A stretch of DNA of 63,271 nt, counting the filler, from Stramenopiles sp. TOSAG23-6 (taxonomy: Eukaryota): the NCBI GenBank assembly GCA_900128565.1. It is 21 parts of 21 records of this genome, joined end to end, with 100 filler letters (N's around TTAATTAATTAA, not from the genome) between each part and the next. Parts side by side here need not be neighbours in the genome. Positions count along the whole stretch, not along the records: positions 12,157 to 15,090 come from LT637739.1; positions 15,191 to 18,119 come from LT637740.1; positions 18,220 to 21,144 come from LT637741.1; positions 21,245 to 24,167 come from LT637742.1; positions 24,268 to 27,190 come from LT637743.1; positions 27,291 to 30,211 come from LT637744.1; 15 more parts are not named here. One strand, given 5' to 3'. A program made the position numbers and the translations under genes. The notes beneath the pieces were generated by a model. The model was not told the origin of the DNA, did not search any database, and saw nothing but the letters and a program-made list of their open reading frames with translations. Below, piece after piece: positions 13,691 to 28,275 of this stretch. Position 1 is the first letter of the stretch. Each line of letters starts with the position of its first letter.

Positions 13691-13794
13691 TTATAATGAT
13701 TTTACTACTACTACTACTACTAATATTGATAATAATAATATTGATGATGATGATGATGATGATAATAATGATAATAATAATAATAATAATAATG

Positions 13795-13832
<38 letters not shown>

Positions 13833-13867
13833 GATAATAATACTGATAATAATATTGATACTACCAC

Positions 13868-13922
<55 letters not shown>

Positions 13923-13970
13923 ACTACTACTAATAATAATACTACTACTAATGATAATAATGATAATAAA
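13691..13970 (+). repeat. (AAT/ACT/GAT)n trinucleotide microsatellite encoding poly-N/T/D
   Basis: Seen directly. Confidence 0.95.
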
Positions 13971-14916
13971 TCACAAAAAGTTAAAAAAAATACTAAAACA
14001 AATAATACAAATAATACAAATAGTGTTAGCATTTTGGGTAGTTTTATAAATTTATTGGGAGGCTCACAAACAAATACAAAATCGAATTTATATGAACACG
14101 AAATCCAGGATATTTGTTCATTATCATCATTTGGTCATCCTAGCTTACCCACGACATCAAACCCTAACCCTAACCAAATTGTATTAATACGATCCTTTGA
14201 AATGACGTCATCGAATGGAACCACAACAGAAACATTAGAACTGACTGCATTGATTGCATATTCTTTAAACTCAACAGAATACGAAAATCAAATACAAAAT
14301 TTAAAAGAAAAAAATGAATTAGGGTTAGGGTTTGGGTCAACTTCAAATGAGAAAAAAAATATTTCAAATTTGAACAATGATGAGACACAAATAACAAAAT
14401 CATCAAATAATGATGATAATGATACTAATAATAATAATAATGATAAAACGATACAAAACATTGATATACATGACAATACAACAAACTATACAACAAATTA
14501 TTTTGAAACAAAAAAAAATTCAAAACATTCAAAAAAAACACGAAATCAAAAAAATCAAAAAAATCAAAAAAATCAAAAAAATAATAATGTTCAATTTTTA
14601 ACAAGTCAATCTGAAGATTCCATTAAACATATTTTCTATGATCAAGATACTGGTGAAAAATTTACATGTCAAACATTTTTTCCTTTACAATTTTTAGCAT
14701 TACGCATCGCGTTATATGAAAAAAATAATTCGAAATTTGATTCTAACCCTACCAAAAAACACGAAATATGTGAAAAATTGTTTATTCAATCATTAGCCAA
14801 AAGTTTGCCATGGAAAGCAAATGGTGGAAAATCAGGTGCAATATTTTTTAAAACATTTGATGATCGTTTTGTAGTCAAAAATATTAATGATACTGAATTA
14901 AGGATGTTTCAACATG
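13971..14916 (+). CDS. Fab1/PIKfyve-type PIP kinase region, partial
   Basis: TALIAYSLNSTEY, KFTCQTFFPLQFLALR and FIQSLAKSLPWKANGGKSGAIFFKTFDDRFVVK match the start of the Fab1 kinase domain. Confidence 0.75.
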
Positions 14917-14983
14917 GTATGTTTTTTTTTTTTTTTTTTTTTTTTTTTGGGAAATTTTTTACCTAACCAAAAAAAAAAAAAAA

Positions 14984-15030
<47 letters not shown>

Positions 15031-15262
15031 AAATTAAAAAAAAAAAAAAAAAAAAAAAAGTTTTTTTTTGTTAGGTACAATATTTACTATNNNNNNNNNN
15101 NNNNNNNNNNNNNNNNNNNNNNNNNNNNNNNNNNTTAATTAATTAANNNNNNNNNNNNNNNNNNNNNNNNNNNNNNNNNNNNNNNNNNNNTTTTTTTTCG
15201 TACGAAATGTTGTACCTAACAAATTTTAGTTTTTTTTTTTTGAAATATTTTTCCAAAATACA

Positions 15263-17038
15263 CGGGCTGAAAAGGAAAGACGAAAGGCAGAGATGGAAAC
15301 TTTGGAGTCCGATGAAAGCAATAGTGTGAGTAAAATAAAGAATCCTAGAAACAATTTGAAACAGAGACTTTCTGGGGCAAGACCACTTTCTGCTGCAGAA
15401 GTCAAAGTAATTGCAAATAGTAACGAACATGTATGTTTTATTTTTTTTTTTACAAAAAAGTCGAATTTTTTTTTCGTACGAAAATTTGTACCTAACATTT
15501 TTTTTTAGATTTTTTTGAAATATTTTTCCAAAATACATTATCTCGCTTTTTGGAAATCGAAATTATCAAAACAAAGAGTAGAAGTTGAACAAATGCAAAA
15601 AAGAGTAGCTAAAACGAATATACGACAGAAAATATTACAAGGTAGGAATAATGAACTTGAAGCTAACCTTGCACAAAGTCAATTAGCGCTCAGTACGTTT
15701 TTTTTTTTAATTTCTATTTCGATTTTTTTTTCATACGAAATTTCGTACCTAACAAAAAAAAATATTTTTTTTTTCACAATACATGTGTATCTCGAAATAA
15801 TAATTCAGAATTTCGTCGTTCCCGACCAATGACAGCTCCTTTACATCGCACCAAGTCTCCAAATATGTCAAATATTACTGTAAATGGTTTCTACAAATAC
15901 AACAGGAATAGGGGTAACAATGGTAACGATGAAAAACATGAAAATCCATCGTATGACGTCACTGGTTCTAAGGAAGCATTCACGGACATAAACAATACAT
16001 CACAAAAGAGTAAAATTGATGTGCACCCAATCCCTAACCCTAATGACGATGATGATGAAAATGATGTATATCGAATATCAAATAATTCTGCTAATTTACT
16101 CAAAAAAGCACGTGGTATGTTGGGAGAAAAGATTGATATGTATGTTTTACTTTTTTTCAAATTCGAAATTGTTTTTCGTACGGAATTTTGTACCTAACAA
16201 ATTTTAGTTTTTTTTTTGAAATATTTTTCCAAAATACATAGCGATAGAAGAAACGTACAAGACAAAGATTTCACAACACAAGAAATTCATGTACGTTTTC
16301 AACATTAATTTTCGTACCTAAGAAATTTTTTCATACGAAATTTTGTACCTAACAAATTTTACAAAAAAAATATTTTTCACAATACATGCAAAACACAAAT
16401 AACAATGATGATTATGGACTTGTACGATCAACTACTGCACGATCATGTTTGTTTTATTTTTTTTCAAACTCGAATTTTTTTTTCGTACGAAATTTTGTAC
16501 CTAACGAATTTTCTTTTGAAATATTTTTCCAAAATACATCAGCTGTCGAAAGAGCTCGATCTAGAAGAAATAGACCAGTCTCAGCGCATCCGAGATATAA
16601 TAGTAGAAATGTATTTTTTTTTTTTTCAATTTCGAATTTTGTTTTATAGTAAATTTTGTACCTAACGATTTTTTTTTGAAATATTTTTCCAAAATACATA
16701 CTTCATCTACCACAAACACTTTTTCTTCTAGGGAACGCATCCCAATCAAAGATAAGAGGCCTTCATCAGCATATACTAAAAATACTAAAAATAAAACTAG
16801 AATAATTCCTGTATTTCCTCAGAAGATTTCAACAAAAGTTCAGGGTAGACCATGTACGTTTTTATTATCAATTTTAATTTTTTTCATACGAAATTTCGTA
16901 CCTAACGAATTTTTATTATCAATTTTAATTTTTATTTGTTTACTGTATGAAAATTTCGTACTAACAAAAATAATATTTCGAAATATTTTTTCACTAAATA
17001 TCATCGGCATATCCCCGTGCTAGATCTCACATAAATAT
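15263..17038 (+). CDS. Uncharacterized coiled-coil protein with RPx(S/T)A repeats; introns 15431-15538, 15693-15784, 16140-16239, 16291-16387, 16447-16539, 16611-16699, 16854-17001
   Basis: Seven family introns each restore one open frame; motifs RPLSA, RPMTA, RPVSA, RPSSA. Confidence 0.6.
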
Positions 17039-17137
17039 GTACGTTTTATTTTATCAATTTCGAATTTATTTTTTTATAAAAATTTTGTACCTAACAAATT
17101 TAAGTTTTTTTTTTTTAAATATTTTTCCAGAATACAT

Positions 17138-17917
<780 letters not shown>

Positions 17918-18219
17918 AAGAAAATCTTTATAATAAAATTGTTTGAAAATTGAATCTGTACCAAATTTTGTACTTGATAAATTCCGAAATTAATCTCATG
18001 GATCTTTCGTTTCCGTTCGTATAAATTTATCCATCAGTGCAGATTTAATTTCTTCTTTCGACAAACATGTATTTTGGAAAAATATTTCAAAAAAAAAAAA
18101 CTAAAATTTGTTAGGTACANNNNNNNNNNNNNNNNNNNNNNNNNNNNNNNNNNNNNNNNNNNNTTAATTAATTAANNNNNNNNNNNNNNNNNNNNNNNNN
18201 NNNNNNNNNNNNNNNNNNN

Positions 18220-19339
18220 AAAAACAAAAAGTCAAGAAGAGATTGAAAAGTTACAACATTTTCTTGATTCGCAACAAGGCGGTTTTCAATCAGCTGAGAA
18301 CAATGGGTCATCTAGCGATGGCTTCTTTGGAGATACTGATAGTGTAGCAAGTGATAATACCACTCATCACTATAATGACAGTGATCAATACAATACCACT
18401 CATCACTATAATGACAGTGATCAATACTTTGGTTCTGATGGCGAAAATATGGAGAATAATCAATTTTCTCCAATATTTGAAAATCCATCAAAACGACTTC
18501 AATTTACACGTGTTAAGAGTGATTGTAACGACAACAAGACAAAACGTTTCCCATCACCATCGAGGATATGCAATACAATGAAAAATGAACATAAAACTAA
18601 AACTTTGAAACGCAAAAATGTATCAACCCTAAATGATGATGCACATACAACACCAATGACTCAAATAATACGACAAACATCGACAATGTATGATGGTATT
18701 GTGCGTTTTCATCCATTAATTATAATGTCTTTTTCTTTTTTTTTTTTTCCATAGAAAATTTCGTACCTGACGATTTTTTTTCTAAAATATTTTTTCACAA
18801 TACTTGAACCTGTCGACCCAAAGATGAAAGCTTTAAATGTCGAACTTCAAGATGCTCTATTTCGTTTTACAACTGTTTCGAAGAAGCGACATAAACATCA
18901 GCAACATGTGGTTAGACAGAGAATTTATGACCGTGCAAAACTGAAACTTCGAAAACGTAGCTCAGAGAAAGCAAACAAGTTGAGAGTAATTCGTCAGAAA
19001 CAAATTAACAAATTGAAAAGTGAGTGTGAAAATTATCGATCAAAAGCGAATGACATTGTACCTAAAATTAAAGGAATAAAGCGTAAATTTAACGATGTAA
19101 TACATAGTGATTGTGTTGGTGAATTAGACAAAATATGGCAAAGATTCAATATGAATAAAAAAAGTCACCAATCACTAATAAAACAAGCTATGATTGATGT
19201 GACAGCTCTACACAAAAACATTGATAATCGACAAATGTATTATATAAATTCTGCAAGAAAGAAGGTCAAGGAGAGTGCAGCAAAGATGGATAAGAGACTT
19301 CAAGGATTTCATGATATGGCTACAGTAATGAATATCTAA
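18220..19339 (+). CDS. Uncharacterized coiled-coil protein, 5'-partial; intron 18701-18805 (GT..TT)
   Basis: ggtaTT|gtgcg...aatacTT|gaa joins ORFs 18449 and 18824 in frame. Confidence 0.6.
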
Positions 19340-19739
19340 AAAGCAATGTTAAAGAAATCTTTGCTCGTCTTTGTTTCGGATTGCTTTTGAGTAATAAGTA
19401 ACTATGTTGAAAGGCTTTAGTGATATATGATTTTATTTTAAACAAAGAATTAAGCGTTGGCTCATGTAGTAGCTTGTTAAAAGTCATGGTACGTTCAAGT
19501 GATTTGGTAGTTTTTTGTATATAAATAATAAGGACAAGTATTAATTTGATCGAGATCTCAGATCATTCAAATTTCGATTTTTGATGGATTTTTTTTTTTT
19601 TGCTTTGGCCGCTTTGGCCAACCACTTAGTGTTTTTAGTGTTTTTATCTCATTCTAATAAATTTACATTTAGGGAATTGCTAAACATTCTACATACTATA
19701 CAATTGTTCAATATTGCCTTATTAAACTCTATTACAGAA

Positions 19740-21038
19740 ATGAAGAAGGGCACTTATAGTCACGAATCTGGGGTATTCACCGAGACTCCATCAGAAGCAG
19801 CTCAAAGATTATTTGATCAAGGTCTTATAAGCGAGTCTGATTTGGACCAGTGCTTAAAGGCCGACGAGGATTTCCAGCGGAGTCGTAGAGAAAGCACCCA
19901 GGAAGACCTTTCAAATCAAGGAAAATTAGTTAGGCCTTTAAGTCCTCGATCTGCAGCACATGTGCTATTTGAAAAGGGTGAAATATCTGATGCTCAATTA
20001 GCAAAGTTGCTAGGTTCAGCAGATATTTTTTTGCCCGACAATCAAACAAAGAATTCTGGTTTGATGAATTCCTTTCGTAAAAGTTTCCGTAAAAAGAAAA
20101 CTCATCAAGAATTAAGGAACGTTGAAATTGGTGGTTCACATTTACGTGAGGCTATTATGACTGGTAATGTTGAAGCCATCACTGAAGCATTAGAGAAATA
20201 CCCAACATGTGCAACAAAACAAGATTCTAGGGGAGATATACCTCTTTTAGTTGCTTCTCGCATAGGTCGTACTCCTGCTATTAAAAGTATACTTGATCAT
20301 GATGCAACATTGGCTTTTATACGAGGATCTGATAATTTATGTTCAGCGACGGTGTGTGGTTCTCGATCAGCTGGTCGCATGGTGGTGTATGTTTTTTTAA
20401 TTTTTTTTAATTTTTAAATTTCGTACGAAATTTTGTACCTAACAAAAAAAAATATATATTATTTTTACAATACATACTACATATGTTGAAATTTTGGAAT
20501 AATCAAAAGCAATTGGAGTTAAAAGCTCATAGTCTAGATAACAGAAAAACACGAAAAAAAAAGTTCTCGCGGCTAAATTCGAAATTGAAAATAATTTCAA
20601 CATTGGAGGAAAGCATTGTTGCAAGAGCAAGACGTGGTTGTTGTTTGTACCAAAAAGATGTATGTTTTATTATGTTTTTTCATCAAATATTTTTTATTTT
20701 TTTTTCATATGAAATTTTGTACCTAACAAAAATTTTAAAGTGTTTCGAAATTGTTTTTGATAATACATACAACAAATAGTGGTTTTGAAGAAAATAATAC
20801 TGTTTGTGTGACAAGTGGTGTCAATTTTTCTTCCAGTACAAATTTTATATGTAAAAATAACCCTAACCCTAAGCTAGAAAGGAATTTGGACACTGATGAT
20901 GACGTTTCAAAATATTTACCTGATAGAATTTTTGATTATTTTGCAATTATTTCTTCGAAAACCTCATCTACTAGTGACGTCATACCATCACCATCCTATA
21001 TTAAGATTGTACTAATAATTTATTACCCTGTTACATGA
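19740..21038 (+). CDS. Ankyrin-repeat protein; introns 20387-20475, 20660-20768
   Basis: LREAIMTGNVEAITEAL and DSRGDIPLLVASRIGRTPAIKSILD ankyrin motifs. Confidence 0.6.
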
Positions 21039-21761
21039 TTGATGAAAATGATATTTTTGGTCATTTTACATTGGATACAAAAAAAAAAAAACGTACTACA
21101 ATTTTAGAAAAAGAATCGTCATTAGGGTTAGGGTTAGTAGGTTTNNNNNNNNNNNNNNNNNNNNNNNNNNNNNNNNNNNNNNNNNNNNTTAATTAATTAA
21201 NNNNNNNNNNNNNNNNNNNNNNNNNNNNNNNNNNNNNNNNNNNNATTAAATGACTACTAACAACATTGTTTTTAGATTTCATAGTTTTGCCAATTGAACT
21301 ATTTCTTTGCGTTCTTTTTCACTTGCCAAATACTTTACCCTGTCTTTAGGTTCTCCTTCACCATTTTCAGGAGAATGCTGCGTCTTTTTTTTCTTGCTTC
21401 GATGTCGCTTATTTAGAAAACCAGACCTCATGTCAAACTTTAACGTGTCTATTATATCACGGAGTCATATTATAATACATTTCAATTGCCTAGAGTTGAG
21501 TGCTGTATCACCATATTAAATTTGGACATAAACTTGGAGGACAAAAAAAGCGACAAAAAAAGCAGAAATTGAAATTCGTCGAAATTTGACCGAGACCCTA
21601 AATTAGAAATTCACGCAAAAAACGAAAAAATTGGCTTTCAAATTCAATTTAATCGCAAGATCGAAAAAAATCGTGATGTCAACAGCTGACTATCTTTTTT
21701 GTTAGTAACCACAGTAGCGACACAGTAGCTAAGCAAAGAACTTTTGAGCAAGGTTTGTTTT

Positions 21762-24066
21762 ATGAAAACTGGAATGATTCGCCATGTATGCCGTACGCTA
21801 CATTCCAAGGCAATGCTACCTTGCAATGTTACCCAATTGCGACTATTTGGAAATACTGCTTATTCTCGCATATCACCTCAAGTGAGCCACGTGAGTATAT
21901 ATTGTAATAGCCAATTACGCCTCGCTGGCACTACTACGTTTTTCAATTATCGTTTACACGCTTCTCGCCGTTTATTTTGGTCAAATGCGGGTACATCAAA
22001 CGTATTCACTTCATTGAAACAATCTATGTTGTGGGTCACGTTTGGACGAAGTTATTCTTTTTTACGTCCCCTATTGTGTATTTCAGCAATATGCTTTCCC
22101 ATAGTTGGCATTTCAGTATATTTTGCTTCATTCTCTATAGCATCTTGTGAGAAGCCAGTAGTTCGAAAAAAGTTAATCATTGAGAATCCAAACGATCAAG
22201 TTTCGTTCAATTTATCTTTAGCCGATGCACAGCGTGTTGTTGGTCCTCGATACAAGCTGTTAAAGCGTCTTGGGCACGGACAATATAGTATAGTATTTGA
22301 AGGTATTTGTGTAGAGACGGGAGTTAAAACTGCTTTCAAAATAATTCCAAAAAGTCTAACAAACTCTGTTGGATTACACACAGAAGTGGCAGTAATGTCA
22401 CTTAGAGGACGGCACCCAAATATAGTCAATCTCATTGCTATATTAGAGAGACAAGATTTTGTTGTTCTTATTGTAGATCTTGCCGAAGGAGGCGAATTAT
22501 TTGATAGATTAGTAAAACTTGGCAGAATGAGTGAAACACAGACACGAAGATTATTTCGGCAGGTAATTTATGCATTGAGGCATCTTCACTCAGCAGGTGT
22601 GTCGCATAATGATATAAAACCTGAAAATATTCTTTTAACATCAAATAGGGCTGATGCAAATATTAAGTTAGCTGATTTTGGTTTATCTCGATTGTGTGAC
22701 AGTCTCCAGAAGACTGGCGCATTACCCGGTACATGGGCTTATTGGGCTCCTGAATTGTTCTTTGAATCTCGAATTCTTGCCGTTGAAAATAGTACTTCTA
22801 GAGGTGTAGGGTTAGGATCTATGGTAGAAAAAAAATCAGAATCGTTATGTTTGAAGTCAGCTGATATGTGGAGCTTAGGAGTAGTTCTTTATATTATGGT
22901 ATGTATGTTTTATTTTTTTTTTCAATTTCGAATTAAATTTTTTTTTATAGTAAATTTTGTACCTAACAATTTTTTGTTTTTGAAATATTTTTCCAAAATA
23001 CATGTGGAATTCACCCGTTTGATCCCTTGGGTACATCAACTGATGATGAAATAATTGCTGCCATATCAAGTTCAAATATTGATACGTCATGTGTAGGTTG
23101 GAAATCATCACCTAAAGACTTAAAGAATCTCATAAAAAGTTTATTGTCCGTAAATCCTATTGACAGACCTACGGTTGATGAAGTTTTGCGCCATCCTTGG
23201 ATGATGCCACGTGGGATAAATCATATAAACAAAAGTAGAAGTAATGCTGATGATAGTTACAATACTACAAGGAATGATGCAGAACAAGATGAAAGCGTGA
23301 TGTATTTTGAAGATATTAGTACGATGAATCAAAATCATGAAATTAATCCAGACACAAAATGTAAAAATTTGGTTGAGAAAATTGTAAGAGAAAAGAATGA
23401 TGAAATGATTCAACCTATAGAAAAAAAAGATTCTGATGATACAATTACAAACAATACTACTACTAATAATAACAATAATAATAATAATAACAATAATAAT
23501 AATAATAATAATAATAATAAGAGTTTGATGATAACGATAGCAAGTAATTCAAATCAAAATTCAAATCAAAACAAACTTAAAAAACATATATCTGTTTTAC
23601 GTTCAGTGCAAGCAAGTGTTTTGGTAGCAATGATTAAGTCATCTGTAGAATCGACTCATACAATGAAAAAATCTCCAAGTCAGTATAATGACATACACCC
23701 TACATCTGAACAAAAACCAAGTTCAGAATTTGGACAACAATCACTCCAATGGGCAAGTGACCTGAGCAACTCTGAGTTAGATGTATGTTTTTTTTTTTTA
23801 AACAAAAAAATGGAATTTTTTTTTCGTACGAAATTTTGTACCTAACATTTTTTTTTAGATTTTTTTGAAATATTTTTCCAAAATACATCGTGAAGACTCT
23901 GAAACACCCGAAGGAAAAACCGCCGTTGGAATACTTGTCAAAAAATTATTCATTGAATTTACTAAAGTTGAAGATCAAAAAAATCTTATTCGTAATGTTG
24001 ATAGGCTGTTCCCGGAACGATTAAAAGATGCTGATTCTGCACAAGTGAAAAAAACATTTATTACAT
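21762..24066 (+). CDS. CAMK-family Ser/Thr kinase, 3'-partial; introns 22903-23003, 23783-23888
   Basis: LGHGQYS, GGELFD, HNDIKPEN, DFG, APE; intron removal restores DMWSLGVVLYIMV-CGIHPF. Confidence 0.92.
22903..23003 (+). mobile_element. Introner-family intron, GT..AT
   Basis: ggtAT|gtatg...aatacAT|gtgga; restores the subdomain IX LYIMVCGxxPF. Confidence 0.9.
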
Positions 24067-24325
24067 GTATGTTTGATTTTTTTGATTTTTTTGATTTTTT
24101 TGTTTTGAATGTTTTTTTTTTCATACGAAATTTTGTACCTAACAAATTTTTTTAGATTTTTTTTTTGNNNNNNNNNNNNNNNNNNNNNNNNNNNNNNNNN
24201 NNNNNNNNNNNTTAATTAATTAANNNNNNNNNNNNNNNNNNNNNNNNNNNNNNNNNNNNNNNNNNNNGTTAGGTACAAAATTTCGTACGAAAAAAAACTC
24301 GAATTTGAAAAAAAATAAAACATAC

Positions 24326-25251
24326 ATGTATCATATATAAGCCATCATCTCGCTGTATACATTTCCCAATATAATTTACTTTATTTTTAAATACTGTACC
24401 AGTATATATAGTGAAAAATATTTAAAAAAAATTGATTTTTTTTATTAGGGTACTAGGTAAGAAATTTTCGATGAAAAAGTGTAGGTAAAATATCGTAGGG
24501 TTAGGGTTCATGATTAGGGTTAGGGAAAACGTATGTGAGTTTTCCTCATTTTTATTGTAGAATCAGATAGGGAGAATTCACCATCTATGCAAAATGGGAT
24601 TTCACGTCCTTTCCAGATAGATGTTCCAGAACCATTCAAAGTGATAATATGTTCTTTAGCATTGCTATTATTCGAACAGACATCAAAATTAATTGAAATG
24701 TCAATCCATTTTGTCACAGAGTTTGCCTTGCCCATACTTATACCCGACCACTCGCCTTTTAAAGAGTCTACATACTTTGTTATTTTAGAAGGGTTTTCAT
24801 AGTAATCCTGAGCACTATAAGTATCACAAAGTGATAAACTTGTATCTCTATTTAATGGACTATAAGAACATAAACCAGTTACACGTGATAGATTAAATAT
24901 ACCATTCAAGTAATCCCCCGCAATCTGTGCTTCAGGAATGTCAAAGAATCCAAAGTATTCAACGACATTTGTGAACTCCCCTTTATGTTCTTTACGTAAA
25001 ACAATTTTCTTAGTTTCCAAGTTAAATGAACCTGTTATATCAAATGGTATTCTCTTGCTTTTCCAATACGAAGTTCCACTACCACTGACAGATCCGAAGC
25101 AATTACTGCCAGATAAACGGAACTTCATTTGAAAGCGAGTCCATCGTGTCGTTTCTCTTTTTACTCGCGAACGAGATATTCCCTCCCATACACCTGAGAG
25201 ACCAGAGATACACTCACTCCAATTCTGATCTCCACTTGACACACTATTCAT
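24326..25251 (-). CDS. Uncharacterized protein with a duplicated beta-rich domain; intron 24404-24534
   Basis: Two repeats GxWxGIS..GSGTSxWK..IPFxIxGxF..RKxHxG..VxYxG; the second is completed after intron removal. Confidence 0.65.
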
Positions 25252-25658
25252 TAATAAGATTATAGAAGGAAACTCTTCTCTCTAAAGATTAGAGAAAAGA
25301 GACTTCTCTCTCTAATTTTAGCTTGTTCAAGAATTGATGTTCGACGACGTTCAAAAAATGACCAGCCTTTCAAGAATCTGAATGAAACACGAAAAAAAAA
25401 GGATTTTCAGCCAATTTCTAATTTCAAAGTGCATTTTTCTGCATTTTTCAACAATACCGCCGATAATTGCCGATGCTCCCTCAAAGCGAAGGACGCTCAA
25501 AGCTCAAACACACACACACGCACCTCCAAGGGAAAAACACAAAAAGGGCTCAAAATAGGGCAAGTATTGTCTGATTTTGTCTGAATAATAGTACCCCACT
25601 CTCTTTGAAGTTAAAAACTCTCTTTCGTTCCGGATTCAAGAAAAATAAAGGACGATAA

Positions 25659-27190
25659 ATGGATCCTGTACAAACAGGAGCCATATTTAGGGTCCGTGAT
25701 GTGAGCAAATTAATGTCACCTCAGCCGCGCCGTCACTTTTCAACGAATAAAACATCTAGTGGTTCGGGCTCCACTTTCTCAACATCTAGAGCTGGGTGGT
25801 ACAGTACAACAGGTGCAAATTCTCGTCGGTCGTATAGTTCTGGTTCTATTCGAGGAAACTATGGTGTTCATGTTAATAATGGTGTGCGTAGACCTATGCC
25901 ACATAGACGGGGGGTAGTTGGAAGTTATTTATCTCCTAGTCCTGGAGCACGCCATTTAAAACCTTCCCCCCATTCTACGTGTCCTCCTCCTGCTTATGCC
26001 TCTCCAAACATTCGAAAAACAGAAAAGTCAACGGATTATTCTTCATCTGGACCTTTTGGAATCAAGTCTTCTAGTATTCTTGAGAAGTTCAATGCGTTAT
26101 ACAAAGAAAGTCCCATGCCCAAGGTCCTGTCTTCTTCACATTCAAAAATAAATTTTCCTGCTAAAGAAAATTGGCCCATAAAGGACACTTCGAAGCCGTC
26201 GCCAGTTTTGTGTCGAACTCTGCCGTCTTCTGGAGTTCGACTTGACAGTAACAGATCAACATCATCAAATAGTTCGTCTTTCTCTACACAGTGTTCACGC
26301 TTTGTGGTTCCAAAACCTATCACACCCTATTCTTTTTCAAATGAGACTTCTTCAAAAGCACGTCATTTAGGACCCACATTTATCCAAAATAAACCAGTCG
26401 TAGGATTTAGAGCGAATGTATGTTTTATTTTTTTTTCAAAGTTGATTTTTTTTCGTACGAAATTTTGTACCTAACAAATTTTACAAAAAAAAAAATTATT
26501 TTTCACAATACATAGTGGTTGCGTGATAGATGCCGAGCGACAGCAATCAAATATTGCGGTTAATAAAAACTTCAATTCTAGGTTGAGTTCTACAGGAGTT
26601 TTTTCTAGAAATGTAAATAGTGACAGAATTTCAATTGAAAATAATAGTTTTAGTAGTCAGAATGAAGAAGATATTCAAGATCTCAATACTCATCTATCCA
26701 TTTGTAGTAGAGAGTCTGAAAGTCTTAGTTCAGAATATACAGATATTAATACTTTAAACAAAGATAATGAGACTAACCCTAACCTTGAACAAAGAAAAGA
26801 CCCATACGTCTCTACTATTTCTTCAAATCTTGTCAATAATGATAAGACGAGTCAATTACAAACATATCATAAAGATACGGTTGGTCGCAAACTTGACACA
26901 AAAAATAATTCGATGCCGATGTTGTCTGCTTTAAGTAATATTTCTCAAATGACAAATAAGATCAATGACGAGCCTATTCCTCGAAGTAGTAAACGAAAAC
27001 AAACACCAAGATCAGAAGCAAAATCTCTATCAAAGAAAAAAACAAAAACTCAACCAAATTCAGCATCAANACGAAAACAAACACCAAGATCAGAAACAAA
27101 ATCTCTATCAAAGAAAAAAACAAAAACTCAACCAAATTCAGCATCAAAACGAAAACAAACACCAAGATCAGAAACAAAATCTCTATCAAA
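25659..27190 (+). CDS. Ser-rich disordered protein, 3'-partial; intron 26418-26513; 75-bp coding repeats
   Basis: ORFs 25659 and 26523 join in frame. Confidence 0.6.
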
Positions 27191-27351
27191 NNNNNNNNNN
27201 NNNNNNNNNNNNNNNNNNNNNNNNNNNNNNNNNNTTAATTAATTAANNNNNNNNNNNNNNNNNNNNNNNNNNNNNNNNNNNNNNNNNNNNTTTTTTCGTA
27301 CGAAATTTTGTACCTAACGATTTTGTTTTCAAATATTTTTCCAAAATGCAT

Positions 27352-28012
27352 TGGAGTTCAAACTGGATGATTTTGACTTTACAGAGGAACAAAAAGAATT
27401 GATGATGTTGGATGTACAGCAGAGGACTAAGGATGATGTCCATGAAAATTGTTGGCAAGATGGAGCAAGGAGATGTATCTTATTCTTTGCTTTGCGCGAC
27501 ATAAAAAAAAATGAAGAGATTTTATTTGATTATGGTCCAAAGTATTGGCAAAATAGAGATACAGAAGTAGTGATTGAATGTANNNNNNNNNNNNNNNNNN
27601 NNNNNNNNNNNNNNNNNNNNNNNNNNNNNNNNNNNNNNNNNNNNNNNNNNNNNNNNNNNNNNNNNNNNNNNNNNNNNNNNNNNNNNNNNNNNNNNNNNNN
27701 NNNNNNNNNNNNNNNNNNNNNNNNNNNNNNNNNNNNNNNNNNNNNNNNNNNNNNNNNNNNNNNNAGACATAGGAATCCATCATGCATGTCAGATATATGT
27801 ATGTTTTATTTTTTTTTTGTATGAATTTATTTTTCATACGCAATTTTGTACCTAACGAAAAAAATTTTGAAATATTTTTCCAAAATACATGTCGACTTAA
27901 AGTCTGTAAGTGTACAAGGAATTTCAAAAACAGGGTAAATGCTGCTCATGTGTGTAGTGGTCAACTCAGTGTTCCAGCACCATTAGTAAATGAAGCTCCC
28001 CAACGTAATTAA
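27352..28012 (+). CDS. SET-domain protein C-terminal fragment; intron 27799-27890
   Basis: ILFFALRDIKKNEEILFDYGPKYW SET motif. Confidence 0.7.
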
Positions 28013-28275
28013 CTATCAAAAATTAAATCATTCTCATTTTATTAACGTAATTAATTATCAAAAATTAAATCATTCTCATTTTATTAACGTAATTAATTAA
28101 AAAAAATTAAATCATTCTCATTTTATTGTATGATCAAATTTTAATACATTTCATTGGGTTTAAAATTGAGTTTTATTTTGTCAGATATATTCCACACATA
28201 TGGTATGTAATATAGTTTTATTAGGTATGTTGTCCCAATCTATATTTTTATTGTCATTTTTTTTATCAAAATGAC

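Noticed and set aside
13687-14049. Poly-Ile or poly-Leu membrane ORFs
   Set aside because: Alternative frames of the AAT microsatellite
15143-15538. Family of small proteins starting MYFGKIFQK / MKYFSKIH
   Set aside because: Translations of the intron element, not genes
22903-23003. Ciliate-style IES removed from DNA
   Set aside because: Strict sense orientation plus GTATGT and CTAAC signals point to RNA splicing; not formally excluded without reads
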